Source: an uncultured Alphaproteobacteria bacterium
GTDB lineage: Bacteria; Pseudomonadota; Alphaproteobacteria; ATCC43930; CGMCC-115725
NCBI GenBank assembly: GCA_963733525.1
Contig: CAVTDT010000011.1
Location: 1,578 to 65,577 of the forward strand
Reading direction: 5' to 3'
Length of the DNA stretch: 64,000 bases
The translations under genes were made by a program, and so were the position numbers. Under the pieces are notes generated by a model that was given only the letters and a program-made list of their open reading frames with translations, was not told where the DNA came from and ran no database searches. Numbering within the stretch: position 1 is the stretch's first letter; each line of letters starts with the position of its first letter. Positions 21,095 to 31,507 of the stretch are shown one piece after another.

Positions 21095-21880
21095 ATGCTC
21101 GTCGACAGCCACTGTCATCTCGACTACCTCGCGGCCGGGCCGGAGCGGGACGCGGTGATCGCGCGCGCGCGGGCGGCGGGGGTGGGGACGATGCTGACGA
21201 TCTCCACCAAGATCACCGAATTCCCGCTGGTCCGATCGATCGCCGAGAGCGATCCGGATATCTGGTGCTCGGTCGGCATCCATCCGCATGAGGCGGCGGC
21301 CGAGCCGGATACCGCGGCGGCCCAGCTCGCCGAGCTGGCGCGCCATCCCAAGGTGATCGGCATCGGCGAGACCGGTCTCGATTTCTATTACGAGCACAGC
21401 CCGCGCGACCGGCAGGCGGAGGTGTTCCGCGCCCACGCGGCGGCGGCGCGCGCGACCGGCCTGCCGCTCATCGTGCACACCCGCGACGCCGATCCCGAGA
21501 CCATCCGCATGCTTCAGGAAGAAGTTGAGAAAGGTCCGCTAACCGGCGTCATCCATTGCTTCAGCACAGGCCGGGAGCTCGCTGAAACAGCGATCGAAAT
21601 CGGATTCTATATCTCGCTCTCCGGCATCGTCACCTTCAAGAACGCGGAGCCGCTCAGGGCGATCGTCCGCGACCTGCCGATGGAGCGTATTCTGGTGGAG
21701 ACCGACGCGCCCTACCTGGCACCGGTGCCGCTGCGCGGCAAGCCCAATGAGCCCGCCTATATCGTTCATACCGCAACCGAAGTCGCGCGCATAAAGGGCT
21801 GCACCGTCAGGGAATTATCGGAGACGACGACGGCGAATTTTCATCGGCTCTTCGCCAAGGCGAGGATGCCCTCGGCATGA
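21095..21880 (+). CDS. tatD: TatD-family metal-dependent hydrolase, right copy, intact
   Basis: 261-aa ORF with DSHCHLD, GIGETGLDFYY and VETDAPYL. Confidence 0.88.
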   Translation: MLVDSHCHLDYLAAGPERDAVIARARAAGVGTMLTISTKITEFPLVRSIAESDPDIWCSVGIHPHEAAAEPDTAAAQLAELARHPKVIGIGETGLDFYYEHSPRDRQAEVFRAHAAAARATGLPLIVHTRDADPETIRMLQEEVEKGPLTGVIHCFSTGRELAETAIEIGFYISLSGIVTFKNAEPLRAIVRDLPMERILVETDAPYLAPVPLRGKPNEPAYIVHTATEVARIKGCTVRELSETTTANFHRLFAKARMPSA

Positions 21881-22648
21881 AGGTGACGATCCTGGGCTGC
21901 GGTCCGTCCAGCGGCGTGCCCTATATCGGCGACGACTGGGGCGACTGCGACCCCGCCAATCCCCGCAACCGGCGCCGGCGCGCCTCGATCCTGGTGCAGG
22001 ACCGCGGCGCCACCGTGCTGGTGGACACCTCGCCGGACATGCGGATGCAGCTGCTGGATGCCGGCGTCGGCCGGCTCGACGCCATCCTCTTCACCCACGC
22101 CCATGCCGATCACTGCCACGGCATCGACGAGGTCCGCGCGCTCAATCGGTCCATGCAGCGGGCGCTGCCGATCTATGCCTCGGCGGCGACGCTGGCGGAG
22201 CTCCATGACCGCTTCGCCTATATCTTCCGGTCGCCAAATCCGGCCGCGGGCACCGCCTTCTACAAGCCCTCGCTGACGCCGCATGCGGTCGAGGGTGCCT
22301 TCGAGGCCGCCGGCATTCCCGTGACGTCCTTCGTGCAGGAGCATGGCTTCAGCCAGACCCTGGGGTTCCGATTCGGACCGCTCGCGTATTCCACCGACGC
22401 CGTGGCATTGGACGAGGCGGCCTTCGCGGCGCTGGCAGGGGTGGAGACATGGATCGTCGACAGCTACCGCCGGACCCCGCATCCGACCCACAGCCATCTG
22501 GCCCAGACGCTGCGAGTGGATCGCTCGCGTCAAGCCGCGCCGCGCCATCCTCACGCACATGGATGTCCAGCTCGACTACGAGACGCTTTGCCGCGAGCTG
22601 CCGGCGGGAGTGGAGCCCGCCTATGACGGGCTGGTGATCGAGGCCTGA
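21877..22648 (+). pseudogene. MBL-fold metallo-hydrolase (PhnP-like), right copy, with a single extra base near 22513
   Basis: ORF 21877..22626 is good up to HLAQTL. The expected tail EWIARVKPRRAILTHMD...AYDGLVIEA is in the frame of ORF 22343..22648. The start is in an ATGA overlap with tatD. Confidence 0.65.
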
Positions 22649-22777
22649 GCCGCTGGGAACATCGGCGGCATCGGAACATACGCATTATTTCCCATAATAT
22701 ACATTATGCGACTTTCGTCATTACGGGCGCCTTTTGCTCGAGCGCCTAAACCCGCCCCGCCTCCGCGGAACGGTCGA

Positions 22778-23201
22778 CTAGCCCTCGTGATCTCCGGCAA
22801 ACCCTTTTATCTCCGGCATCGGCGGGACCCAGGGAATGCGGCGTCCGGTCCAGTACTGCTCGACCGGCTTCGGCATCGCCTCGGCGTCGTCGAGGCTGCC
22901 GAGGAAGACCGTCATGTGGGCCCCGTTGTCGCGGTTCCAGAACAGCGGCGTGCCGCAGTCGCGGCAGAACTGCCGGGTGGCGAAATCCGACAGCCGGATG
23001 CCGGCGGGCTCGCCCTTGGTGATCGCGAATTTGTCCCGGGGCCAGGCGATGGAGGTCGGCAGCGCGCTGCCAGCTCTGCCGGCGGCATTGGCCGCAGTGG
23101 CAGATCATCGCGCGCAGCGGCGGTCCGCTGACGCGATAGCGGATGGCGCCGCAGAGGCAGCCGCCGGTATGGACGGCCTCGCTTGTGCTCATGTCCCTCA
23201 T
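22778..23201 (-). pseudogene. GFA-family (CENP-V/GFA domain) protein, with a 1-bp insertion near 23087
   Basis: HTGGCLCGAIRYRVSGPPLRAMICHCGQCRRQS is followed by a frame loss. The remainder (GSALPTSIAWPRDKF...FCRDCGTPLFW...GDHEG) is in another frame and ends at TAG 22778-22780. Confidence 0.7.
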
Positions 23202-23632
23202 CCCTCCTGTCGGCTGCGCCGATAAGCTTTGATTTCCGGCTGCTCAGGGAACCAGGGCACGCGATGCTGGGTCCAGAGCTGATCGGCGGGCTTCGGCATG
23301 CGATCGGGACGATCGAGGGTGCCGAGAAAGCAGTCGATCTCCGGGGCGCCGTCGGCGCGCCAGAACAGCGTCGATCCGCAGCCCGCGCAGAACTGCCGCG
23401 TGGCGAAATCCGAGGCGCGATAGGAAGCGGGCTCGCCCCGCAGCAGCTCGAAGTGATCGACCGGAAATGTGGCGAAGGCGCCGATCAGGCTGCCAGTCTG
23501 GCGCTGGCATTGGGTGCAGTGGCAGATGTTGGTATGGACGGCATCACCGGTCATACGGTAGCGGATCGCGCCGCAGAGACAGCCGCCGGTGTGCTGATCG
23601 CTCGGTGCCATGCTGCCCTCCTCTCGATTCAA
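23198..23632 (-). CDS. GFA-family protein, intact
   Basis: 144-aa ORF with the cysteine motifs GGCLCG, CHCTQC and CAGCG. Confidence 0.8.
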   Translation of the reverse strand: MNREEGSMAPSDQHTGGCLCGAIRYRMTGDAVHTNICHCTQCQRQTGSLIGAFATFPVDHFELLRGEPASYRASDFATRQFCAGCGSTLFWRADGAPEIDCFLGTLDRPDRMPKPADQLWTQHRVPWFPEQPEIKAYRRSRQEG

Positions 23633-23678
23633 ACGCCGTCAAAGGTGGGAGCGACGGATGACCGCGAAACGATCGGGA

Positions 23679-24235
23679 TCAGTCCGCTCCGGCCCGGCTC
23701 CGAACGAACGGCAGCATGCGCTGCAGCACGCCGTCGCGCTTGACGAAATAATGATAGAGAGCGGCCAGCACATGCAAGCCGACCACGCCATAGACCGCCC
23801 ATTGCCCGGTCTTGTGCAGGAATTCCATCGGCCGCGAGAAGGTCCGGTTGGTCGGCCAGCGGCGAAGCGAAGGTCTCCAGGCCGAAGAAGGACAGGCTCT
23901 GCCCTTCCGCCGAGCTGAAGAGGTAGCCGGTCAGCGGTATCGCGATCATGACCGTGTACAGCAGGGCGTGGGTCAGCGCCGATCCCTGCAATTCGAGCGG
24001 CGTCAGCCCCGGCGCCGGCAGCACGGGACTGATATGACGCCAGCCGAGCCTGAGGACGGCCAGCAGCAGGACCAGCAGCCCCACCGACTTGTGCAGCTCC
24101 AGCAGCGTGCTGTAGCCGGGATCGTTCCGCCTGCGGCAGCACCCAGGCCAGCACCAGCGCGATGCCGATCAGTGTTGCCACCGCCCAATGCAGAGAGATC
24201 GCGGTGCGTCCATAACCGTTCGAAGGTGCGGCCAT
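23679..24235 (-). pseudogene. Cytochrome b561-family membrane protein, with two frameshifts (about 24122 and about 23865)
   Basis: The N-terminus YGRTAISLHWAVATLIG, the middle LHKSVGLLVLLLAVLRLGWR...IPLTGY and the C-terminus FLHKTGQWAVYGVVGLHVLAALYHYFVKRDGVLQRM lie in three different frames. Confidence 0.7.
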
Positions 24236-24361
24236 TGCTTCCTCGCGCTGGTTTCGCTATCGCGGCAGGGTAGAAGTCATGCAATTGTGGCGGCAATCGG
24301 GATCCCCCGTGGCTTCCTGTGGTCATTCGTCGCAGCTTTCGCCTCTCAGGTGTTTCTCCGC

Positions 24362-25165
24362 ATGTCCAACTCTCCAGACCTGGCCCGGCTCCTCAACGTC
24401 ATGGCGCGGCTGCGCGATCCCGCAGGCGGCTGTCCCTGGGATCTCGAGCAGAGCTTCGCCACCATCGCCCCCTATACGATCGAGGAAGCCTATGAGGTCG
24501 CCGAGGCCGCGGAGCACGGCGACATCGACGCCCTCAAGGACGAGCTCGGTGACCTCCTGCTGCAGGTCGTCTTCCACGCGCGGATGGCGGAGGAAGCCGG
24601 ACACTTCGCCTTCAACGATGTAGCGCGCGCCATCGCGGAGAAAATGATCCGGCGGCATCCCCACGTATTCGCCGACGCCAAGGTCGCAGGCGCGGCGGCG
24701 CAGACCCAGGCCTGGGAGGAACAGAAGGCCGCCGAGCGCCGCACCAAGGCAACCGCCAAGGGACGCGCCGAGAGCGCGCTCGATGGCGTCGGCGTCGGCC
24801 TCCCTGCCCTCACGCGAGCCGAAAAACTGCAGAAGCGCGCGGCGCGCGTGGGATTCGACTGGGCGGAGGCGGCGCCGATCTTCGACAAGATCGACGAGGA
24901 GATCGGCGAGCTTCGCCGCGAGATCGCCGACGGCGGCAAGCCGGCGCGCCTCGAGGACGAGCTCGGCGATCTCCTCTTCGCCGTGGTCAATCTGGCGCGG
25001 CATTTGAAGCTCGATCCGGAACAGGCGCTGCGCGGCGCCAGCCGCAAGTTCGAGCGCCGCTTTCGCCGCATCGAGGAGCGGCTGGCCGCCGCCGGCAAGT
25101 CGCCGGAGGCTGCCGGACTCGACGAGATGGAAGCGGAATGGCAGCGCGTCAAGGCGGAGGAATAA
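24362..25165 (+). CDS. mazG: Nucleoside triphosphate pyrophosphohydrolase MazG
   Basis: MSNSPDLARLLNVMARLRDPAGGCPWDLEQSF, with tandem MazG domains (EE..E..D motifs). Confidence 0.88.
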   Translation: MSNSPDLARLLNVMARLRDPAGGCPWDLEQSFATIAPYTIEEAYEVAEAAEHGDIDALKDELGDLLLQVVFHARMAEEAGHFAFNDVARAIAEKMIRRHPHVFADAKVAGAAAQTQAWEEQKAAERRTKATAKGRAESALDGVGVGLPALTRAEKLQKRAARVGFDWAEAAPIFDKIDEEIGELRREIADGGKPARLEDELGDLLFAVVNLARHLKLDPEQALRGASRKFERRFRRIEERLAAAGKSPEAAGLDEMEAEWQRVKAEE

Positions 25166-25172
25166 CCGCCTC

Positions 25173-25946
25173 GTGAAACTCTCCGTCCTGATCGCCGCCT
25201 ACAACGAGATCGGCACCATCGCGCAGATCATCCTCGCGACGACGCGGGCAATTCCGCATGTCGAGAAGGAGATCATCATCGTCGATGACAACTCCTCCGA
25301 CGGCACCGGCGCGTTCCTCGATCGCAGCTTCGGCGGCGCGGCGGGACCATGCTCCGGCATGAAGGTGCGCGACGACGGCAGCGTCGAGCTGCTGCCGCTC
25401 ACCGACGCCACCGCCGGCAAGATCCACTTCAAGGTGTTCCATCATCAGAGAAACCGCGGCAAGGGCGGCGCCATGCAGACGGCGATGGCGGCGGCCACCG
25501 GCGACGTGATCGTCATCCAGGACGCCGACCTCGAATACGATCCGAACGACTGGGCGGAGATGTATCGCCTGATCGCCGTACGCAAGGTCGCAGACGTCGT
25601 CTACGGCTCCCGCTTCTTCGGCCGTCCGCACCGCTCGCTCTATTTCCATCACTACCTCGCCAACCGGCTGCTGTCGCTGACGTTCAACATCCTCTACAAC
25701 CAGCTGCTCACCGACATCGAGGTCTGCTACAAGATGTTCACCCGCGAGGTGATGCAGAGCCTGCGGATCACCTGCGAGGATTTCGGCTTCGAGGTGCAGA
25801 TCAGCGCGCAGATCGCGCGGGCGCGCACCTGGCGCATATACGAGATGGGCATCAGCTACTACGGCCGTACCTACGCCGAGGGCAAGAAGATCAACTGGCG
25901 GGACGGAGTGAAAGCGCTCTGGTATCTCCTGCGGTTCTATTTCTGA
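25173..25946 (+). CDS. Family-2 glycosyltransferase (polyprenyl-phosphate sugar transferase-like)
   Basis: 257-aa ORF with LSVLIAAYNE, IIIVDDNSSDGT and QDADLEYDP (DXD). Confidence 0.8.
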   Translation: MKLSVLIAAYNEIGTIAQIILATTRAIPHVEKEIIIVDDNSSDGTGAFLDRSFGGAAGPCSGMKVRDDGSVELLPLTDATAGKIHFKVFHHQRNRGKGGAMQTAMAAATGDVIVIQDADLEYDPNDWAEMYRLIAVRKVADVVYGSRFFGRPHRSLYFHHYLANRLLSLTFNILYNQLLTDIEVCYKMFTREVMQSLRITCEDFGFEVQISAQIARARTWRIYEMGISYYGRTYAEGKKINWRDGVKALWYLLRFYF

Positions 25947-25956
25947 CCGCCGCCGG

Positions 25957-27415
25957 ATGCGCATCAGCGAAGCCGTCCGACCGATCGAGCGCAGTGCCAC
26001 AGACGTTGGCGTCGCCCTGATCCTTGCCGCCGGCCTGCTCCTCCGCCTCGTCTGCATTCTCGGGGAATTCAACCGGGATTGGGAGCACGACCCCTTCAAT
26101 CACGTGATCTTCGCCCGGTCGGTCTTCGCGGACCTGCCTGGGAGTCTCGTCTATGGCGTCGCGGTCTGGGCGAAGCCGCTCTACACGTTCTTCTTCGCCG
26201 GCCTTTATCAGCTGCTGCCTTCGACGATGGCCAGCACTGGTCGTTACCCAGATCGTCAATGCGCTGCTGTGGACCGCGAGCTCCTGGCTCGTCCTGCTGA
26301 CAGCGCGGGACATCTTCCGGCAGCGTCAGACGATCCTGGTGCTGGCGATGATCTGCGCCTTCACATTCGTGGCGTTCCGCAGCTCGGTCTCCGCCAACAC
26401 CGAGCCCTCCGCCGCCTTCGTCGTGGCGCTGGCGATCTGGCTCTGGCATCGCCGGCGCATGCTGGCGGCGTCGCTCTGCTTCGGCCTCGTCATTCTCGCG
26501 CGCACCGACGGCGTCTTCTGCGTCAGTATCTTCGCGCTCGCCGCCATGCTCGAGCCCATCCGGGAACGCCGCCCGAACGGCCTCGCCATCGCGCTGGCGC
26601 GAGGCGCCGTCTTTGCCTTGCCGACCGCGCTCTGGAACCTCGCCGGCTTCATCCAGACCGGTAGCCCGCTCTTCATCGTGAGCAACGGCTATCCCACCGC
26701 TTTCGATGTCTACGGACATGGTGAGCCGCAGGAATATCTCCTGAGCTTCCTCGCGCTCGATACCGTGCTGACCCTCGCTTTCGCCGCCGGCGCCTGGCGC
26801 GTGCTGCGGCTCCCCGCGCGGCCGGATCGCTGCTGGTGGTCTCCGCCCTCATGGGCATCACCTATTTCGCCGTGATGACGGTGATGTGGAGCGTGGGTGC
26901 CTTCGGCAGCGCCGGCTACATCCGTTATTTCGTCTTCGCTTATCCCCTCTACATCCTGGTCGCGGGCGCCGGCCTCGATCGCCTGCTCGATCGCCTGGCG
27001 GCGGCCGGAAACAACCTCACCCGGCGCAACGGCATCGCCGCTCTATTGTCCGTCGCGGTGCTGCTGCAGCTCCATTGGCTCGCGCATGGAATCGTCTGGA
27101 TCTACAACAACAACACCCGGATACCACCGAGCGAGCTCGCGCGGCTGCCGGATCTGCCCATCGACTGGAGCGGCAAGACGATCTATGCGGATCATCCCGA
27201 CGTCGCCTACTACCTCGGCCTCGACCGGCTCTATCTCGACCATCACTCGCTGGCCGAGATCCGGAATCCGGACGCGCGCGGGATCTTCATCTTCGTGCGG
27301 AACTGGAGCGAAGGATATACGCCCGGAATCACGGCGGCGGATTTCGCCGCGACTGACGCCGCTCGCGACGCTGGCCGGCCCCTATCACGAGGTCGCCTAC
27401 GTCTACGAGCGGTGA
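25957..27415 (+). pseudogene. Multi-pass membrane glycosyltransferase-like protein (GT-C, ArnT/PMT type; family assignment tentative), with three frameshifts
   Basis: One hydrophobic reading frame is split across ORFs 25957..26664, 26153..26875, 26836..27501 and 26897..27415. The switches lie near 26230, 26810 and 27345. Confidence 0.55.
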
Positions 27416-27425
27416 GCGCGAAGTT

Positions 27426-28292
27426 TCAGGCCTTTTGCAGGAGATCGATCAGCGCCGAGGTATCCCAGCGCCCGCCGCCGCGCTCCTGGACCCGCGCATA
27501 GAACTGGTCCACCAGCGCCGAGACCGGAAGCGAGGCGCCGTTGCGCCGCGCCTCGGCGAAGCAGATGCCGAGATCCTTGCGCATCCAGTTGACGGCGAAG
27601 CCGAACTCGAACTTGCCGTCGAGCATGGTGGTGCCGCGGTTCTCCATCTGCCAGGACTGCGCCGCGCCCTTGGAGATGACGTCGATCACCTTCTTGCCGT
27701 CGAGACCGGCGCGGGTCGCGAAATTGAGTCCCTCCGAGAGCGCCTGCACCAGCCCGGCGATGCAGATCTGGTTCACCATCTTGGTGAGCTGGCCGCTTCC
27801 GACCGGCCCCATCAGCGTGACCGCCCGGCCGTAATGGATCATCACAGGCTCGGCGATCTTGAAGGGCTCGAGGTCGCCGCCCACCATCACCGTGAGCTTG
27901 CCGTTCTGGGCGCCGGCCTGACCGCCGGAGACCGGCGCGTCCAGGAACTGCAGGCCCTTGGATTTGGCGGCGTCGTAGACCTCGCGCGCCACCTCCGCCG
28001 AGGCGGTGGTGTGATCGACGAGGATCGCGCCCTTCTTCATGCCGGCGAAAGCGCCCTTGGGGCCATTCGCGACATCGCGCACGTCGTCGTCGTTGCCGAC
28101 GCACATGAGCACGATCTCGGCGCCTGCCGCCGCCTCGGCCGGCGTCTCCTTGAAGCTGCCGCCGTATTCCCCGGCCCAGGCCTTCGCCTTGGCGGCGGTC
28201 CGGTTGTAGACGGTGACGTCGTGGCCGTTCTTCTTGAGATGACCGGCCATCGGATAACCCATCACGCCCAGGCCCAGGAATGCCAGCTTCAT
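27426..28292 (-). CDS. NAD(P)-dependent beta-hydroxyacid dehydrogenase (3-hydroxyisobutyrate / 6-phosphogluconate dehydrogenase-like family)
   Basis: MKLAFLGLGVMGYPMAGHL Rossmann start, with GGAGGA 7 nt upstream; 288 aa. Confidence 0.8.
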   Translation of the reverse strand: MKLAFLGLGVMGYPMAGHLKKNGHDVTVYNRTAAKAKAWAGEYGGSFKETPAEAAAGAEIVLMCVGNDDDVRDVANGPKGAFAGMKKGAILVDHTTASAEVAREVYDAAKSKGLQFLDAPVSGGQAGAQNGKLTVMVGGDLEPFKIAEPVMIHYGRAVTLMGPVGSGQLTKMVNQICIAGLVQALSEGLNFATRAGLDGKKVIDVISKGAAQSWQMENRGTTMLDGKFEFGFAVNWMRKDLGICFAEARRNGASLPVSALVDQFYARVQERGGGRWDTSALIDLLQKA

Positions 28293-28362
28293 CGCGATCC
28301 TCCGATTAGATGTGGCTGATATGCTAACCGCTTCGCCGCCCGTGGCAACCCCACCCGCGGGG

Positions 28363-29145
28363 TCAGGACGCATGCTCCAGGATCAGCGCCCGAAGCGCCT
28401 CCCAGCTCTCTCGGTCCGGCGCCAGCAGCAGGCTGGCCTCGATCTCGGCCGGCTTATAGGCGCTGCCGTCGAGGCGCGCCGAGAAGCCGCCGGCCTCGCG
28501 GAATATGAGCTCGCCCGGCGCGTGGTCCCAGGGATAGAGCCGGCGAAACAATCCGAAATGCGCATCGCCGCGGGCGAGCGTCACGTATTCGTGGCCGGCG
28601 CAGCGCAGGTAGAACGCCGAGCCGATCCTGCCCCCGAGCCGCTTGGCGGTCCTGCCGCCGAGGCGGCCGCGCATCTGCTCCAGCGGCGCCGGCGCCGCGG
28701 CGTGCAGACGAGCGCCGTCGAGATAGGCGCCCGACCCCTGCTCCGCCATCGCCATGCGGCCGGTCAGCGGATCGTAGATCCAGGATGCCACCGCCCGCCC
28801 CTGCTGCAGCAACGCGACCATGGTGGCGAAAACCGGCTTGCTCTCGGCGAAGTTCTGCGTGCCGTCGACCGGGTCCACCAGCCAGACCGACGCCTCTTCG
28901 GCGACCCAGGCGAGACGGGAGGCATCCTCGGCGACCCCCTCCTCGCCCACCACGAACGACCCCGGCAGCAGATCCCTGAGCAGCGGCGTCAGCCGCCGCT
29001 CCGCCTCGATGTCGGCGACGGTGACGAGCTGGCCCGGCTGCTTCTCGTGCATGTCGCCCGCAGCGAGCTTGCGGAAGCGCGGGACGATCTCCGCCGCCGC
29101 GACCTCGCGGATCGCCGCCTCGACACGCTCGATATCCGGGCCCAT
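28363..29145 (-). CDS. Inositol monophosphatase family protein
   Basis: 260-aa ORF with WLVDPVDGTQNF and the WDHAPG motif. Confidence 0.8.
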   Translation of the reverse strand: MGPDIERVEAAIREVAAAEIVPRFRKLAAGDMHEKQPGQLVTVADIEAERRLTPLLRDLLPGSFVVGEEGVAEDASRLAWVAEEASVWLVDPVDGTQNFAESKPVFATMVALLQQGRAVASWIYDPLTGRMAMAEQGSGAYLDGARLHAAAPAPLEQMRGRLGGRTAKRLGGRIGSAFYLRCAGHEYVTLARGDAHFGLFRRLYPWDHAPGELIFREAGGFSARLDGSAYKPAEIEASLLLAPDRESWEALRALILEHAS

Positions 29146-29149
29146 CCCG

Positions 29150-30478
29150 TCAGTTCAGGATCTGGCGGCTGCGGAAGCGGCCGAGATCGGCCTCGCCGAG
29201 ACGCACTGACATATGCGCGCTGGTCTCGTCGTCGCGTCGGCTCACGACGTCGCCGTTCCGATAGAGCCAGGCGATGCCGGCGCCGTCGGTGAGCGGCACG
29301 TCGAGATCCACCAGCAGGCGGCCGCCATCGAGACGCTCGTCGAGCAGCTCCAGCAGCCGATCGCATCCCTCGCCGGTAACCGCGGAGACCGGCACCACGT
29401 CACGGTTGCGCCGGACCTGATTGAGCAGGCTCTCGCGCGTCGCGGGTTCCAGCAGATCGATCTTGTTGAGCGCCTCGATGAGGCCGTGCTCGACCTGGGC
29501 GCCGAGACCGAGCTCGGTCAGCACGCCTTGCACGTCCGCCCGCTGCGCCTCGGTATCGGGATGGTGGATGTCGCGGACGTGGACCACGAGATCCGCCTCG
29601 GTCACCTCCTCCAGCGTGGCGCGGAACGCCGCCACCAGCTGATGCGGGAGATCGGAGATGAATCCGACGGTGTCCGAGAGGATCGCCGGATGGCCGGACG
29701 GCAGCGTGAGACGCCTGAGCGTCGGATCGAGGGTGGCGAAGAGCAGATCCTCCGCGCGCACCGCCGAGCGGGTCAGGCGATTGAACAGGGTCGACTTGCC
29801 GGCGTTGGTGTAGCCGACCAGGGCCACCACCGGATAGGGCACGCGTTTCCGCGCGCCACGATGCAGCGCGCGGGTGCGCTTGGTGTCCTCGAGATCTTTC
29901 TTGATGCGGGCGATGCGCTCGCCGATCAGGCGGCGGTCGATCTCGAGCTGGCTCTCGCCGGGACCGCCGAGGAAGCCGAAGCCGCCGCGCTGCCGCTCGA
30001 GATGGGTCCAGGACCGCACCAGGCGCGAGCGCTGGTAGGTGAGCGCCGCCAGCTCGACCTGCAGCCGGCCCTCATGGGTGCGGGCGCGCGCGCCGAAGAT
30101 CTCCAGGATCAGGCCGGTGCGGTCGATGACCTTGCACTGCCACGCCTTCTCCAGATTGCGCTGCTGCACCGGGCTCACGGTGGCATCGACAACCACGACG
30201 CCGATCTCGTTCTCCTTGATGATGGCGCCGAGGTTCTCGACATTGCCGCTGCCGATCAGCGTCGCGGGCCGCGGCTGATTGAGTGGCACCAGCGCCGCAT
30301 GCACCACCCGGAGCTCGATGGCGGCGGCAAGCGCCACCGCCTCCTCGAGACGAGCCTCGGGAGTGCGGCTATCTTCCCGCCGTTCTTTCGGCGGGCGCTT
30401 CAAAGTCGGATGGATGACGAGGGCGCGCCCCGACGATGACGCCGACGATGTCGCTTCGGCAGTGTGCGTCGACGTCAT
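29150..30478 (-). CDS. hflX: GTPase HflX
   Basis: 442-aa ORF with GYTNAGKSTLFNRLT and DTVGFI, lying directly downstream of hfq. Confidence 0.92.
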   Translation of the reverse strand: MTSTHTAEATSSASSSGRALVIHPTLKRPPKERREDSRTPEARLEEAVALAAAIELRVVHAALVPLNQPRPATLIGSGNVENLGAIIKENEIGVVVVDATVSPVQQRNLEKAWQCKVIDRTGLILEIFGARARTHEGRLQVELAALTYQRSRLVRSWTHLERQRGGFGFLGGPGESQLEIDRRLIGERIARIKKDLEDTKRTRALHRGARKRVPYPVVALVGYTNAGKSTLFNRLTRSAVRAEDLLFATLDPTLRRLTLPSGHPAILSDTVGFISDLPHQLVAAFRATLEEVTEADLVVHVRDIHHPDTEAQRADVQGVLTELGLGAQVEHGLIEALNKIDLLEPATRESLLNQVRRNRDVVPVSAVTGEGCDRLLELLDERLDGGRLLVDLDVPLTDGAGIAWLYRNGDVVSRRDDETSAHMSVRLGEADLGRFRSRQILN

Positions 30479-30482
30479 CGAG

Positions 30483-30737
30483 TTAGGGTTGTTCGCCCTC
30501 TTTGCTGTCCGGCTCGAAGAGCTGCACCGGCTGCGCCGGCATCACGGTGGAGATCGCGTGCTTGTAGACCAGCTGGGAGTGGGCGTCCCGCCGCAGCAGC
30601 ACACAGAAATTGTCGAACCAGGTGATTATTCCTTGCAGCTTCACGCCGTTGACCAGAAACACCGTGACCGGCGTCTTGTTCTTACGGACATAGTTCAGAA
30701 ACACATCTTGAACGTTTTGTGCCTTTTCTGTGGACAT
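30483..30737 (-). CDS. hfq: RNA chaperone Hfq
   Basis: 84 aa with QDVFLN..RK....[20 protein letters not shown]..........YKHAIST. Confidence 0.95.
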   Translation of the reverse strand: MSTEKAQNVQDVFLNYVRKNKTPVTVFLVNGVKLQGIITWFDNFCVLLRRDAHSQLVYKHAISTVMPAQPVQLFEPDSKEGEQP

Positions 30738-30859
30738 AGGGTGATATCCCTTATTCAGAGTTCTTGGGGCCGCGATTGGCCCGATGACGCCGACGGGTAG
30801 CGGGCGGGCATCGCCCAGCCCCCCGGCAACTCATAACAAGATTGGGCGCCGAACGGAAA

Positions 30860-31507
30860 TCACAAGTGCCCAAGTCCCGCCAGCAGCGCCGCGCAGTCCG
30901 GAAAATGCAACGCCGACGGGGTCTTGGCGAGCGCTCCCGCAACTTCCTCCTGCGCGCCCAGCAGCACCGGCAGGCAGCCGGACGCCAGCGCGCAGTCGAC
31001 GTCGAGCTCGGTGTCGCCCACGAACCAGGTCGCCGCCGGCAAGATGCCGCTGCCCTCGAGAGCGAGATGCACCGGCGCCGGATCGGGCTTGTCGGCGGCG
31101 GCGTCGCCGGCTCCCACCAGGCGCTTGAAGTAGGGCTGCCAGCCGAGGTGCTCGACCTCCCGACGGAGCAGACGCCCGGTCTTGTTGCTGACCACCGCCA
31201 GGTAATAGCCCTGCTCCGCCAGCGATGCGACAAGCGCATCGGCGCCGGCGATCGTCGTCAGCCGCTCGAGATGAATCGCCGTGAAGGCGTCGAGATAGAG
31301 TTTTCGCGCCTCGTCCCAGCGCTCGCCGAAGAGCCGCGGGAACGCCTCCCGAAGCGAATGGCGCACGCGAACCTTGGTTTCCGGCAGGGTCCAGGGCTGA
31401 TGCCCCATCGCCTCGAACGTAACCACGAGGGCCTCGTGGATCACCAGCCAGCTGTCGACGAGCGTGTTGTCCCAATCGAAGAGGAGTGCCCGCGGCCGCG
31501 CCCTCAC
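30860..31507 (-). CDS. HAD-superfamily hydrolase (phosphoglycolate phosphatase-like)
   Basis: 215 aa with LLFDWDNTLVDSW (DxDxT) and VSNK. Confidence 0.75.
   Translation of the reverse strand: MRARPRALLFDWDNTLVDSWLVIHEALVVTFEAMGHQPWTLPETKVRVRHSLREAFPRLFGERWDEARKLYLDAFTAIHLERLTTIAGADALVASLAEQGYYLAVVSNKTGRLLRREVEHLGWQPYFKRLVGAGDAAADKPDPAPVHLALEGSGILPAATWFVGDTELDVDCALASGCLPVLLGAQEEVAGALAKTPSALHFPDCAALLAGLGHL

Larger units (their letters stand above)
11121..22418. repeat. Right arm of the giant diverged inverted duplication; its true outer end cannot be set because the left arm leaves the window
   Basis: Mirror image of 1-11101. It is about 200 bp longer because of two arm-specific insertions (18134-18295 and 21006-21094). 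Confidence 0.95.

Noticed and set aside
22724-22747. A GGCGC...GCGCC hairpin downstream of the GFA pseudogene could be an intrinsic terminator. A similar one, CGCGGCGCG...CGCGCCGCG, lies at 59530-59557.
   Set aside because: The stems are short and neither is followed by a T/U tract on either strand. In DNA this GC-rich, such stems arise by chance, so I did not call them as features.
24362-25165. mazG could be a hint of a MazEF toxin-antitoxin or defence locus.
   Set aside because: This is the housekeeping NTP pyrophosphohydrolase with tandem MazG domains. No mazE/mazF-like small genes are adjacent, and the neighbours are a cytochrome b561 remnant and glycosyltransferases.
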